Assembly: GCA_963665325.3 (NCBI GenBank) | Contig: OZ224045.1 | Location: 2,208,001 to 2,272,000 of the forward strand | DNA length: 64,000 nucleotides | DNA from: Alphaproteobacteria bacterium | GTDB taxonomy: Bacteria; Pseudomonadota; Alphaproteobacteria; Bin95 | Direction: 5' to 3' | Shown: positions 42,162-52,352 of the stretch, one piece after another | Layout: each line of letters starts with the position of its first letter | How positions within the stretch are numbered: position 1 is the first letter of the stretch | The notes under the pieces: model-generated | Told to the model about the DNA's origin: nothing | Databases searched by the model: none | Seen by the model: only the letters and a program-made list of their open reading frames with translations | Made by a program: the position numbers and the translations under genes

Positions 42162-43481
42162 TCAGCGATAGGCGGTCAACACGCCGTCGTCATCGAGCAG
42201 CAGCAGCGTCCCGGCCGCGACGACGGGCGCGAGACGGTGTGGCCGTCCGACATCGATGGCCCCGGCTTTGGCCCCCGTCTCCGGGTCGAGGAAGACGATC
42301 TCGCCATGCGAACCCGCGACCACTAGCCGGCCGCCGGCCAGCACCGGGCCAGCCCAGTCGATCCGACCGGTCCGGTCCTCCTCGTCCTCGTAGCGGGCGA
42401 GAGGCATGACCCAACGGATGGCGCCCGTCGCGGCTTCTGCCGCCACGACCTCTCCGCGCTCCGTCACGGCGAACAGATGGGTGCCGGCCACCCAGGGCAT
42501 GTGCAGGCCGCCGAACTCCTTGGTCCAGACCCGCCTGCCGCTGCGCATGTCGACGGCGCCGGCGCGGCCGGAATTGCTGAGCGCGTAGAGCCGGCCATCA
42601 TGCACCACTGGCGCTGCTTGGACATCGGCCAGTGCCGCAATGAAATCCGCCCGGCGGGCCGCGGTCAGGTTGTCGGACCACAGTTCGCGCCCGTTCTCGA
42701 CCTTGAGGGCCACGATCTCTCCCGAAGAATAGGCTGAGATGGCAGTGCCCTGAGCCACGGCCGGACTGGCCCCGCCGAGCAACGCCGTCTGCTCCTCGAT
42801 CGAATCGTGGGTCCAAAGAGTGCTGCCGTCTGCGATGTCGAGCGCATGGGTCTTGTTGTCGAGAGTCGCGACATAGAGCCGGCCGCCGTCCACCGCCGGC
42901 GCGCCGCGGCCCGGGGCGGACAGCGGCTGGCGCCACCTAATCGCCCCCGAGGAGGCGTCGATGGCAAGCGCTTCTGCATAGCCCGTCGTCGCGAACAGGC
43001 GGCCATTCGCGAACGCGATGCCGCCGCCGGAATTATCTTCCTCACCCTCCGGCCGGGTCGCGGCCGACCATATCGCATTGCCGTCCTGCAAGGCGGCGGC
43101 GCTGACCGAGCCGACGGCATCCATCGTGTACACCCGACCCTGGGCAACGACGGGCGGCGCCAGAATACGCCTGCCGTCGCCGGATCCAGCACCGATGGAG
43201 CGTGACCACGCTGCCGTGGAAGCGGAGCCGAGTGCCGGATGACCGATCGCATGGAAAGGCGTGCCGCCGGCTTGCGGCCAGTCCGGGTTGGAGGCCGGTT
43301 CGGGCAGCCGCATGGGGCGCTGTGCTGCTTCAGGATCGCCTTCAAGCGCACCCGTCAGCGCGAGCACGGCAATGCGTTCGCCCGGCAGGGGTGGGTCTTC
43401 GGCTTCGCCAAACCAGCCGTCCGACCCGCAGCCGGTAAGCAGAAGCGCTCCTCCGGCCACCAGAAGCAGCGACTGTCTCAT
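42162..43481 (-). CDS. PQQ-like beta-propeller lipoprotein (BamB-like)
   Basis: Lipobox LTGC; repeated A.D...G...W propeller motifs; lies between yfgM and der. Confidence 0.85.
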   Translation of the reverse strand: MRQSLLLVAGGALLLTGCGSDGWFGEAEDPPLPGERIAVLALTGALEGDPEAAQRPMRLPEPASNPDWPQAGGTPFHAIGHPALGSASTAAWSRSIGAGSGDGRRILAPPVVAQGRVYTMDAVGSVSAAALQDGNAIWSAATRPEGEEDNSGGGIAFANGRLFATTGYAEALAIDASSGAIRWRQPLSAPGRGAPAVDGGRLYVATLDNKTHALDIADGSTLWTHDSIEEQTALLGGASPAVAQGTAISAYSSGEIVALKVENGRELWSDNLTAARRADFIAALADVQAAPVVHDGRLYALSNSGRAGAVDMRSGRRVWTKEFGGLHMPWVAGTHLFAVTERGEVVAAEAATGAIRWVMPLARYEDEEDRTGRIDWAGPVLAGGRLVVAGSHGEIVFLDPETGAKAGAIDVGRPHRLAPVVAAGTLLLLDDDGVLTAYR

Positions 43482-44116
43482 GAGGCTTCTCCCAGCGCAG
43501 CCAGCATTTCCGCCGAACGTCGACGGACGCCGACAGGAGCGGCCGCGTCGTCGGCCAGCGCCTTGAATCCCGCGACTGCCGCCGTCCTGTCGCCGAGCGC
43601 GGCGTGCGCTGCCGCTATCGTCTCGGCCGCAGAATAGCGCAGCGCGCCCGAAAGTCCCTCCAGTGCGGCGATCGCGGCTTCCGGCCGTCCTGCGTCCAAC
43701 TCGGTCATCCCCTGGAACAGCCGCGCCAGGTCGCGATAGACCGGGTCCGTGTCTTCGTCGCCTGCAAGCGCCCCATAGCGCGCGAGCGCCGCTTCAGTAC
43801 CGCCCTGGCGGGCCAGCTCCGCGGCTTCGCCGAACCGCGCCAGCAAGCCGGCTCCACCGCCCTCCGCCGCCAGTGCGGCAAATGCCGCCGCGGCGTCGGC
43901 CGGCTTCTCCCCGTCGGCCTGCACCGCAGCTTCTTCCAGCCGCAGGCTCGCCTCGGCCGCGGCTTCCGCCTGCAAATGGTTCCAGAGCTGGAATCCACCG
44001 ACTGCCAGAACGGCCAGCACGGCCGCTCCGATGACGAACGCGCCGTATTTCCGCCAGAGCTCTTTTGCACGCTCGGATCGGACTTCCTCGTCCACCTCGC
44101 GAAATATGTCGGCCAA
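43478..44116 (-). CDS. YfgM-like TPR membrane protein
   Basis: ADIFREVDEEVRSER...LWRKYG, then a TM helix and TPR helices; TTG start. Confidence 0.85.
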   Translation of the reverse strand: MADIFREVDEEVRSERAKELWRKYGAFVIGAAVLAVLAVGGFQLWNHLQAEAAAEASLRLEEAAVQADGEKPADAAAAFAALAAEGGGAGLLARFGEAAELARQGGTEAALARYGALAGDEDTDPVYRDLARLFQGMTELDAGRPEAAIAALEGLSGALRYSAAETIAAAHAALGDRTAAVAGFKALADDAAAPVGVRRRSAEMLAALGEAS

Positions 44117-44272
44117 ACTGCCTCTCCCGCACTGCCGCCGCGTTATAGCTTTCACCGGCCCCTGTGCGCAAACATCGTCGACGGTCTCGGATTCGGCGTA
44201 TTCCGGCTGGACGGCGCGCAGGCTTTCGGGGCACCATGGGACCATGGGCCAGCCGAGAGGGACAGGGAGGCC

Positions 44273-44608
44273 ATGGGAGAGGTCGTAGCGCTCGAAAACC
44301 AATACCGTCCGGCGAAGCCGGTCTATTTCGACAAGAGAGAGCTTCGCCATTTGATGAATGTCTATAGTCGGCGCGTGTCGGCAGGGGAGTGGCGGGACTA
44401 CGCGATAGACTCCCAGCGCGACCAGGCCGTGTTCTCGATTTTCCGGCACACGTCCGAGGCACCCCTCTACAGGGTGGCCAAGACAGGACGCAAGGGCAGG
44501 TCGCCGGCGGAATATTCGGTGAGCGAGGGCCCGCGCCTCCTGAAGCGGGGACCGAATATCAGCGATGTGCTGACCGTGATCGAACGCCGGCTCGAACTGG
44601 TCACCTGA
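44273..44608 (+). CDS. DUF2794 domain protein
   Basis: VYFDKREL..LMNVYSR.VSAGEWRDYAID....AVFSIFR....PLYRVAK; GGAGG RBS. Confidence 0.88.
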   Translation: MGEVVALENQYRPAKPVYFDKRELRHLMNVYSRRVSAGEWRDYAIDSQRDQAVFSIFRHTSEAPLYRVAKTGRKGRSPAEYSVSEGPRLLKRGPNISDVLTVIERRLELVT

Positions 44609-44665
44609 CGGGACTCTTGCCCGCCTAACCGGTGGGGGCCGTATTTCCGAGCTGCCGGCTGTCCG

Positions 44666-46285
44666 TTACGCCCCCGCATCCTCCAGCATCATGTGGGCCG
44701 CCTTCTCGGCGATCATCATGGTGGGGGCGTGGGTATTGCCGTTGGTGAGGGTCGGCATGACGGAGGCGTCCGCCACCCGGAGGCCGGCCACGCCGTGCAC
44801 GCACAGGCGCGGATCGACCACCGCCATCGGGTCTGTGCCCATTTTGCAGGTGCCGACCGGATGGTAAATCGCCCATCCAATCTCGCGGGCGAAGTCCAGC
44901 CATTCTTCATCGGTCTGTACGTCGGGCCCGGGAAGCTCCTCGAAGGCGACATGGTCGCGCATCGCCTCCGTCTCCATCAGCGCACGAGCGATCTTCATGC
45001 CTCCGACGAGCGCCCGGCGATCAAATTCCGACGACAGATAGTTCCCCTTGATCGAAGGTTGCTCGTCTGCCCGGGGCGAGCGGACGTGAATGGCACCGGC
45101 GCTTTCCGGTCGCGTCTGGTAGGTGCCGATGGTCATGCCGGGCGTTCGCGCCAGCGCCTTGGTTCGGGGGTCGTCATAGCTCGCCGGGACGACGTGGTAC
45201 TGCACGTCCGGCGCAGCCAGGTCGTCCCGCGTGCGCACGAATCCGGCGACGACTCCGGGCGTGGTCGTCAGCAGGCCGTGCCGCGTTAGCGCATAGCGCA
45301 GCACCTCGCCGGCGAACGCCAGCCCGCGCGACTTCTCGTTCAGCGTGACCGGGCGCGTAATACGCCAGGATTTTCGCACCATGTAGTGGTCCCGGTAGTT
45401 CTCGCCGACACCCGGCAGCGACGCCTGCACCGGGATTCCCTGCGCCTGAAGCACTTCCGGATTGCCGATGCCGGAAAGCTCCAGAAGCTGCGGCGACTGC
45501 ACCGCACCCGCCGACAGCGCGATGCCGCGCCCGGCAGCCGCTCGTTCCAGCCGCCCGCCCCGCCGGTATTCGACGGCGACGGCCCGCCTGTCCTCGACAA
45601 TCACGCGCTCGGCCAAAGCATGGGTGCGCAGTTCGATATTGGGGCGCTTCAGCGCGGGCTTCAGGAAGGCGCGGAAGGCACTGTGGCGGAGCCCGGCCTT
45701 CTGGCAGACCTGGTAGTAGGCGAAGCCGTCCTGCGAGGCGCCGTTATAGTCCGGGTTGTGCGGATAGCCGAGTTCCTCGCCGCCGCGAATGATATCGTCG
45801 GTGAGGTCGAAACGGTCCCGCATATCGGAGACGCTGAGTGCGCCGGACGTGCCGCGAAACGCCGGGTCACCCCCGTCGCGCCGCTCCGATTTCTTAAAGA
45901 AGGGCAGCACCTCCTCCCAGGACCATCCGCGATTGCCCATCTGCGCCCAGTCGTCGTAGTCGCGTGCATTGCCGCGCACATACAGCATCCCGTTGATCGA
46001 CGAGGAGCCGCCCACCACCTTGCCGCGCGGCAGCGGCATGACACGGTTGCGGGTGTATTCCTCGGGATCGATCTCGAAGCGCCAGTTCACGACATCGCTG
46101 TTGAGGGTTTTCGTGTAACCCGCGGGGATATGGATAAACGGGTTGCGGTCGAGCCCGCCGGCCTCCAGCACCAGCACACGGTCGCCAGCCCGCTCGGAGA
46201 GCCGCGCCGCCAGCACGGACCCTGCCGAACCGGTGCCGACGACGATCCAGTCGAAGCTGCCGGCGTCCCGAGGGTCGTCGCTCAT
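44666..46285 (-). CDS. GMC oxidoreductase
   Basis: [45 protein letters not shown]. Confidence 0.93.
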   Translation of the reverse strand: MSDDPRDAGSFDWIVVGTGSAGSVLAARLSERAGDRVLVLEAGGLDRNPFIHIPAGYTKTLNSDVVNWRFEIDPEEYTRNRVMPLPRGKVVGGSSSINGMLYVRGNARDYDDWAQMGNRGWSWEEVLPFFKKSERRDGGDPAFRGTSGALSVSDMRDRFDLTDDIIRGGEELGYPHNPDYNGASQDGFAYYQVCQKAGLRHSAFRAFLKPALKRPNIELRTHALAERVIVEDRRAVAVEYRRGGRLERAAAGRGIALSAGAVQSPQLLELSGIGNPEVLQAQGIPVQASLPGVGENYRDHYMVRKSWRITRPVTLNEKSRGLAFAGEVLRYALTRHGLLTTTPGVVAGFVRTRDDLAAPDVQYHVVPASYDDPRTKALARTPGMTIGTYQTRPESAGAIHVRSPRADEQPSIKGNYLSSEFDRRALVGGMKIARALMETEAMRDHVAFEELPGPDVQTDEEWLDFAREIGWAIYHPVGTCKMGTDPMAVVDPRLCVHGVAGLRVADASVMPTLTNGNTHAPTMMIAEKAAHMMLEDAGA

Positions 46286-47157
46286 AAGTCCACGGATTCC
46301 TTCACGTGGCGCATGGCCTCGATATGGGCGTCCGCCCCCCGGAGCCCCGCGTCCATCGTGTTCACTGTCAGGTGCGAAGCATCGACGCTCCGCCAGAAGT
46401 CGATATCCGCCTGCCACGACTCCGGTCCGGCAACCTCGCCTCCCTTGGCGTAGCGCAGCCAGGATTCGATGCCGATCTCGGCCGGGTCGCGCCCGGCGGC
46501 GCGGGCATAGCCGCGCAACCGCTCGACGCGCGCCGCCGTCTTGTCCGACGGCGTGACGAGCGGGAACCAGCCGTCGCCGATCCGGCCGATGCGCTCGATC
46601 GTCGCCTCGACATGGCCGCCGATCCAGATCGGGATCGGGCGCTGCACGGGCAGGGGATTGATGCCGGCGTCCCGAAACTGGTGCCAGCGGCCCTCGAAGG
46701 TCACGAGGTCCTCGGTCCAGAGCCGCCGGAGCAGGGCGATCTGCTCTTCCGAACGCCGGCCGCGATTGGTGAAATCCTCGTTCAGCGCCTGGTACTCGAC
46801 CTGGTTCCAGCCGACTCCGATCCCGAGCCGGAGCCGACCGCCGGAGAGGATATCGACTTCCGCGGCCTGCTTGGCGACCAGCGCGGTCTGCCTTTGCGGC
46901 AGGATCAGTATGCCGGTGACGAACTCGATCCGCTCCGTCAGCGCGGCAAGCCAGCCGAACAGCACCATCGGCTCGTGGAACATCGAGTTGTGCGTATAGG
47001 GGCCGGTCAGCTCGTGAGCCGCCGGGTCTGCGCCCAGCACATGGTCGAAGGCGAGCAGATGGGCAAAGCCCAGCTCCTCCGCCGCCTGAGCGAAATCGCG
47101 GCAGGCGCCCGGGTCGGCCCCGATCTCCGTCTGCGGAAATACGACCCCCAATTTCAT
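46282..47157 (-). CDS. LLM class (putatively F420-dependent) oxidoreductase
   Basis: AEELGF.HL...DHV, TGILILPQRQT, SGGRLRLGIGVGWN, PIPIWIGG, GDGWFP. Confidence 0.9.
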   Translation of the reverse strand: MKLGVVFPQTEIGADPGACRDFAQAAEELGFAHLLAFDHVLGADPAAHELTGPYTHNSMFHEPMVLFGWLAALTERIEFVTGILILPQRQTALVAKQAAEVDILSGGRLRLGIGVGWNQVEYQALNEDFTNRGRRSEEQIALLRRLWTEDLVTFEGRWHQFRDAGINPLPVQRPIPIWIGGHVEATIERIGRIGDGWFPLVTPSDKTAARVERLRGYARAAGRDPAEIGIESWLRYAKGGEVAGPESWQADIDFWRSVDASHLTVNTMDAGLRGADAHIEAMRHVKESVDL

Positions 47158-47180
47158 GTCCGGTTCTCCTTCTTTCCCGC

Positions 47181-48632
47181 TTAGTAACCGGGCGGGGGCT
47201 GGAAGCCGCCGAAATGGCGTTCGATGAGGCGGGCGGTGTGGATGCAGGCCCTGTCGCCGAGATAGGGGCCGACGATCTGGACGCCGCCGGGCAGGCCGTC
47301 GCGTGCAATGCCCGCGGGGGCCACGGCGCCCGGCAGGTAGCAGACGCCGTTGAAGCCCGCCCAGAACAGCTGGTCCGTCGTCGGCACCTCGCGATTGTTC
47401 ACCCGGACCGTGCGCTGGTAGCGCTCACCTTCATGGTCGTGCGGGAAGGCGGTCGAGGCCGCGACGGGGCAGAGCAGCACGTCCCAGTCCCGGAAGAAGC
47501 GGTGCCAGGCCCAGCGGAAATGCTCGCGCTTCTCACGCAGGGCGAGCCATTCGCGGTGCCTCATGGTGTTGCCGCGCGCCATTCGGGCGTAATAGCTCGG
47601 GTCGTCCGTGCCGAGCCGCTCCACGGCGTCCTCATGCTCGCGCAGCACGGCTTCCGGCTGGCGCCCGCTGGTCGCGGCGCGCAGCAGCAGGGTGTAGTTC
47701 TCGTGCAGCTCGTTCATGTCGATCTCGGGCCGGGCCGTGTCGCTCACAACGGCGCCGGTCGCGCCGATGCGGTCCACCAGTTCCTGCAACAGGTCGCCGT
47801 AAACGGTATCGACCTCGGAGGGTTCGGCCTCCAGCATCACCGCGACGCGCAGCCCCTCGAAGCCCGGCACGCGCGGGCCGGGCAAGTCCAGCCGGTAGCC
47901 CGCCGCCGCCATGTCGTCGGGTCCCGCCATCGCATCCAGCGCCGCTTCCAGGTCGTCCGCCGAGCGCGCCAGCGGCCCGACCACCGAGATGTCGGACTGC
48001 GCCAGCACGCCCGGCAGGGCCTGCCCGCGGGGCGGGCAGATGCCCCAGCTCGGCTTGTGGCCGAACACGCCGCAATAATGCGCCGGATTGCGGATCGAAG
48101 CGCCGATATCGCTGCCCGCCTCGATACCGGTCATGCCGGCCGCCAGCGCCGCGCCCGAACCGCCGGAGGAGCCGCCTGGCGTGCGCCCGAGGTCCCAGGG
48201 ATTGTTGGTGATGCCGTAAATGTCGTTATAGCTCTGCCAGTCGGCCAGCATGAGCGGCACATTGGTCTTGCCGAAGAGATTGACGCCGGCAGCCTTCATT
48301 CGCGCGACCGAAACGCTGTCCGTATCCGCGATATTGTCCCGGAACTCGGGGTCGCCCCAGGTGGTTGGCGAACCCGCCAAGTCGTAGCTTTCCTTGATCG
48401 TCATCGGCACGCCGTGAAGCGGCGGCAGGTCGCCGCCCTGCGCCGTCCGGCTGTCGGCGGCCCGCGCCGTTTCCCGCGCGCCCTCGCGGTCCTCCCAGAT
48501 AATTGCGTTCAGGGCCGGGTTGTGTTCGTCGATGCGAGCGAAGTAGAGGTCGAGCAATTCCTCCGCCCCGATCTCCCGCTTGCGGATCATGGCGGCGAGT
48601 TCGGTTGCGGACTTAAACGCAGTTTCGGTCAT
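47181..48632 (-). CDS. Amidase-signature enzyme
   Basis: PLHGVPMTIKES, GKTNVP, TPGGSSGGS, GSDIGASIRNPAHYCG. Confidence 0.93.
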   Translation of the reverse strand: MTETAFKSATELAAMIRKREIGAEELLDLYFARIDEHNPALNAIIWEDREGARETARAADSRTAQGGDLPPLHGVPMTIKESYDLAGSPTTWGDPEFRDNIADTDSVSVARMKAAGVNLFGKTNVPLMLADWQSYNDIYGITNNPWDLGRTPGGSSGGSGAALAAGMTGIEAGSDIGASIRNPAHYCGVFGHKPSWGICPPRGQALPGVLAQSDISVVGPLARSADDLEAALDAMAGPDDMAAAGYRLDLPGPRVPGFEGLRVAVMLEAEPSEVDTVYGDLLQELVDRIGATGAVVSDTARPEIDMNELHENYTLLLRAATSGRQPEAVLREHEDAVERLGTDDPSYYARMARGNTMRHREWLALREKREHFRWAWHRFFRDWDVLLCPVAASTAFPHDHEGERYQRTVRVNNREVPTTDQLFWAGFNGVCYLPGAVAPAGIARDGLPGGVQIVGPYLGDRACIHTARLIERHFGGFQPPPGY

Positions 48633-48672
48633 GGTGGCTCTCCCCTTTTCTCCCGGCTCGCTATATTGCACG
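48540..48672. repeat. Imperfect direct repeat, copy 1 (amidase 5' end plus upstream region)
   Basis: Aligns by eye to 52199-52331 at roughly 80% identity. Confidence 0.85.
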
Positions 48673-48900
48673 AAACCCAATGGCCCGGGCAGGTCGCACT
48701 CTTTCGCCTCCTGTTGCTCATCGGATGCCGCAAGCCGGCGCGCATCGGCCTCGATGGACTTGAATGGAAAGGCCGCCGGGTGTTCCCGGCGACGCAAGGC
48801 GCCGGCCCGCGGAGCGCCAACCGGCTGAAGCGCTGAACCGGAGAGCCTCAGGCGAGTGAGTGGACGCCTCGACTCGGGGTGTGCCCGTTCCCGCCGCGAT

Positions 48901-48956
48901 TTGACAATACGCAACGCCTTGGGCCTAACTGACGCGGCGATGCGGGGGAATTGACA
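48901..48956 (+). promoter_or_regulatory. Two TTGACA -35 hexamers upstream of dctP
   Basis: Perfect TTGACA at 48901 and 48951; the matching -10 elements are weak. Confidence 0.35.
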
Positions 48957-49024
48957 CCCGCCGCTTTGGTGCAGTCGGCGCGCGACTCACGCGCTACGGT
49001 CACCGACACAGTGGGGAAACCAGA

Positions 49025-50056
49025 ATGAAAACCAAATCGACAATCACGGGGGCCGTAGCGTTGGTCGTCGGACTCGGCGTGTCCAGCGTTCCTGCGAGTG
49101 CAGAGCAGTGGAGCATGGCCACGCCGTGGGGCGGCGGACCGCTGCTCGAATACACCGCCAAGGGCATCGCCAAGGAGATCGGGTTCCTTACCAACGGTGA
49201 GATCAAGGTCGAGGTGTTCCCGGGCGGCACGCTCGGGAAGGCGCTCAAAGTGACCGAAACCGTGCGCAAGGGCGTTGCGGAGATCAGCCATAACTGGGCC
49301 GGCTATGACTGGGGCGTCGACCGGACCGGCGTGCTGTTCGGCGGCTTCGCCGGCACCATGGAACACGAGAAGATGGTCCACTGGATGTTCCGTGGCGGCG
49401 GCGCCGACCTGCTGATGGAGTGGCGCCTGGACAAGTTCAACGTCGCCTCAATTCCTTGCGGTTCCGCGCCTCCCGAGGTGTTCATGCACGGCCACAAGCG
49501 TGTGGCGTCGCTGGCCGACTACGAGGGCATGAAGGTGCGCACTTCCGGCGCCTGGGCCGAGATCGCGCAAACGCTCGGCGCGTCCACGGTCATCCTGCCC
49601 GGCGCCGAGGTTTACCCGGCGCTCGAGCGCAAGGTGGTGGACGGCATCGAGTGGGGCACGCCGTGGATGAACGAGTCGGCCGGCTACGAGAAAATCGCCA
49701 AGTACATCATGGTGCCCGGCATCCATCAGCCGACCGCGTTCCACGAGTGCCAGATCAACAAGGACGCCTGGGACAAGCTCTCGGACCGCAACAAGACGTT
49801 GCTCCAGCGAGCGGGTGAGCGCATGACGTTCAACTTCTGGATGGAAATCGGTCACCAGGATGCACCGTCCTTCCTGAACTTCCTGAAGGGCGGCAACGAG
49901 GTCGTCGATCTCGATGCGGACTTCATCGCCAAGGCCAAGATCGCCACGGACGAGTGGGCCGCCAAGCAGGCCAGCGAGAACGAATGGTTCGCGCGCGTCT
50001 GGAAGAGCCAGCAGGACTACGCTGCGACGTGGTCCGAGGCGCACCGCTACCGCTAG
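49025..50056 (+). CDS. TRAP transporter substrate-binding protein DctP
   Basis: Signal peptide, TNGEIKVEVFPGGTL, GMKVRTSG, EVYPALERKVVDG.EW. Confidence 0.92.
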   Translation: MKTKSTITGAVALVVGLGVSSVPASAEQWSMATPWGGGPLLEYTAKGIAKEIGFLTNGEIKVEVFPGGTLGKALKVTETVRKGVAEISHNWAGYDWGVDRTGVLFGGFAGTMEHEKMVHWMFRGGGADLLMEWRLDKFNVASIPCGSAPPEVFMHGHKRVASLADYEGMKVRTSGAWAEIAQTLGASTVILPGAEVYPALERKVVDGIEWGTPWMNESAGYEKIAKYIMVPGIHQPTAFHECQINKDAWDKLSDRNKTLLQRAGERMTFNFWMEIGHQDAPSFLNFLKGGNEVVDLDADFIAKAKIATDEWAAKQASENEWFARVWKSQQDYAATWSEAHRYR

Positions 50057-50169
50057 CGGCGGCTGATCGGGCGGGCCGGCAGGCCCGCCCGGTTCCCGTC
50101 ACGGCGTTCCCGGCCGCCGCGGTCGGGGACCTGCGCTCGGCTCGCCTCAGCGATGAGGAATGACACGGT

Positions 50170-50706
50170 ATGGTTGCCCTCATCAGGGGAATAGAGCGCC
50201 TCTCCCAGTTCCTGGGCGTCATCGGCGCCTGGGTCATGGCGCCGCTCATCCTGTCCATGGTTTACGAGGTGCTGGCGCGCCACCTGTTCGACGCGCCGAC
50301 CTTCTGGGCCTACGAGGTGGGCTATATGCTCGCAGGCACCTGCTACCTGTGCGGCATGGCGTACTGCATGAAGGAGCGCGGCCACATCCGCGTCGACTTC
50401 ATCTACGACAATATCGGGCCGAAGGGCCGGGCGGTGGTGAACGTCTGCGGCTTCGTGTTCCTGATGTTGCCGGGCGCGATCTGGGTCACCTTCGGACTCT
50501 TCGAGTATGCCTACGAGGCAGTCGAGAGCGGCGAGGTTTCCGGTGAATCCGCCTGGAATCCGGTGATCTGGCCGTTCAGAACGGTCTGGGCCATCGCCTT
50601 CACGGTGCTGTGCCTGCAGGCGTTCGCCGAGCTCGTCAGGTCGGCGCGCGTGCTGCTGGGCCTGGCCGAGGAGGAAGGCTTCGAACCGCATGGAGTCGAG
50701 CTATGA
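50170..50706 (+). CDS. TRAP transporter small permease DctQ
   Basis: YEVLARHLFDAPTFWAYE, GHIRVD; four TM helices. Confidence 0.9.
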   Translation: MVALIRGIERLSQFLGVIGAWVMAPLILSMVYEVLARHLFDAPTFWAYEVGYMLAGTCYLCGMAYCMKERGHIRVDFIYDNIGPKGRAVVNVCGFVFLMLPGAIWVTFGLFEYAYEAVESGEVSGESAWNPVIWPFRTVWAIAFTVLCLQAFAELVRSARVLLGLAEEEGFEPHGVEL

Positions 50707-52025
50707 CCCTCGGCATCGGCCTCATGATGTTCCCCGCCTTGATGGCGGCCATCTTCATGGGCTTCCCGGTGGCGTGGTCGCTGATGGGAATCGCCGTCAT
50801 CTTCGGTTACTACCGCTTCGGCGACGCGCTCGTCTATCAGCTCGTGGCGAAGGTCGACGACGTCGCCTCTTACTATGTGCTGGCCGCCGTGCCGCTGTTC
50901 GTCTTCATGGGCGTGATGCTGGAGCGCTCCGGCATCGCCGAGCGCCTGTTCGAGGCCATTCACCTGTGGACCCGCCGGCTGCCGGGCGGCCTGGCGGTCG
51001 GCACCGTATTGCTGTGCGTGGTGTTCGCCGCGGCGAGCGGAGTAGTGGGGGCGACCGAGTCGGTGGTCGGCCTGCTCGCTATCCCGATCATGCTCCGCTA
51101 CGCGTACGACAAGGGCCTCATCTCCGGCACCATCTGCGCGGGCGGCTCGCTCGGCACCATCATTCCGCCTTCGGTGGTGGTGGTCATCCTCGCTCCGGTG
51201 GCCGACGTGTCGGTGGGCGACCTGTTCGTCGGCATGCTGTTCCCGGGACTGCTGCTCGCGCTGTCCTACGTGATCTACATTCTGGTGCGGTGCATGCTGA
51301 AGCCCGAGGACGGGCCGCGCCTGCCGCCGAGCGACGACGATCCGCCCATGGCCCAGCGCATCTACATCACCGCGACGGCCATGATGCCGCCGCTGGTGCT
51401 CATCTTCTCCGTGCTCGGCACGATCATGCTCGGCTGGGCAACGCCGACCGAGGCGGCGGCGATGGGCGCCATCGGCACCGTCATCCTGACCGTCGTGTAC
51501 GGCCGGTTCGATGTCGCCACCTTGCACGCAGCGTTCATGAAGACGCTCCAGATCACGGCCATGATCCTGACCATTCTGCTCGGTGGGACCATGTTCGCCG
51601 GCGTGTTCGTCGCGCTCGGCGGGATCAGCGCCGTGGAAGGGTTGCTGGCAGCGGCAGACCTCTCCGCGACCGCGACCATATTCATCCTGCTGTTCATCGC
51701 TTTCATCGCCGGCTTCGTGCTCGATTTGATCTCCATCGTGCTGATTATCATCCCGGTGGCAGTCGCGGTGCTGCGCAAGATGGGCGTCGACGACGTCTGG
51801 TTCTGCATCATGTTCCTGATCGTCATCCAGACCAGCTACCTGACGCCGCCGATGGCGCCTGCCATCTTCTACCTGCGCGGCATCAGCCCGCCGGAGATCA
51901 AGCTGGCGGACATGTACCGCGGCGTGATCCCGTTCATCCTCCTGGAACTGGTGGTGCTGGCGCTGGTGTACTGGTTCCCGGGACTGGCGCTGTGGCTGCC
52001 GAGCGTGGTGTTCAAGTCGTTTTAG
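50703..52025 (+). CDS. TRAP transporter large permease DctM
   Basis: AVPLFVFMG, PGGLA, GSLGTIIPPS, ATPTEAA, YLTPP. Confidence 0.93.
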   Translation: MTLGIGLMMFPALMAAIFMGFPVAWSLMGIAVIFGYYRFGDALVYQLVAKVDDVASYYVLAAVPLFVFMGVMLERSGIAERLFEAIHLWTRRLPGGLAVGTVLLCVVFAAASGVVGATESVVGLLAIPIMLRYAYDKGLISGTICAGGSLGTIIPPSVVVVILAPVADVSVGDLFVGMLFPGLLLALSYVIYILVRCMLKPEDGPRLPPSDDDPPMAQRIYITATAMMPPLVLIFSVLGTIMLGWATPTEAAAMGAIGTVILTVVYGRFDVATLHAAFMKTLQITAMILTILLGGTMFAGVFVALGGISAVEGLLAAADLSATATIFILLFIAFIAGFVLDLISIVLIIIPVAVAVLRKMGVDDVWFCIMFLIVIQTSYLTPPMAPAIFYLRGISPPEIKLADMYRGVIPFILLELVVLALVYWFPGLALWLPSVVFKSF

Positions 52026-52198
52026 GGCCGTTGAAACTCGTCTTGCATTTGTGACGGTGGAGCAGGCGTGGAGTAAGGCTCGGTAGCTCTCGCGGGCTTT
52101 GTCGTATCGCGTTGCGATAGGTCCGACCTCTTCGATTTTCCGGATGGCGCCATCGATAGATATAGCGGTCGATTTACCGGCGGGGCGGCGACGGGCTC

Positions 52199-52331
52199 GA
52201 AATAGAGGTTCAGCAGCTCCTCCGGCCGGACTCGCGCTTGCGGATCATGGCAGCGAGGCCGGTTGCGGATTTGAAGGCGGTCCCGGTCATTTCGGCTCTC
52301 CCCGTTTTCTTCCGGCGCGCTATATTGCACG
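52199..52331 (-). pseudogene. Frameshifted 5' remnant of an amidase gene (direct repeat, copy 2)
   Basis: ATG at 52290 gives MTGTAFKSATGLAAMIRKRE/(fs)RPEELLNLYFE, versus MTETAFKSATELAAMIRKREIGAEELLDLYFA for the intact amidase. The upstream GGGGAGAG RBS and CTATATTGCACG are also conserved. Confidence 0.85.
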
Positions 52332-52352
52332 CAGAGCGATGGAGGCACGGTA

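Noticed and set aside
48760-48865. Glycine or c-di-GMP-I riboswitch
   Set aside because: Only fragmentary resemblance; the core conserved nucleotides are not all present, so it is not called as a feature.
52313-52328. Possible sigma-54 promoter (GGCGCGCTATATTGC) upstream of the tauD-like gene
   Set aside because: GG-to-GC spacing is 11 nt rather than the required 10.
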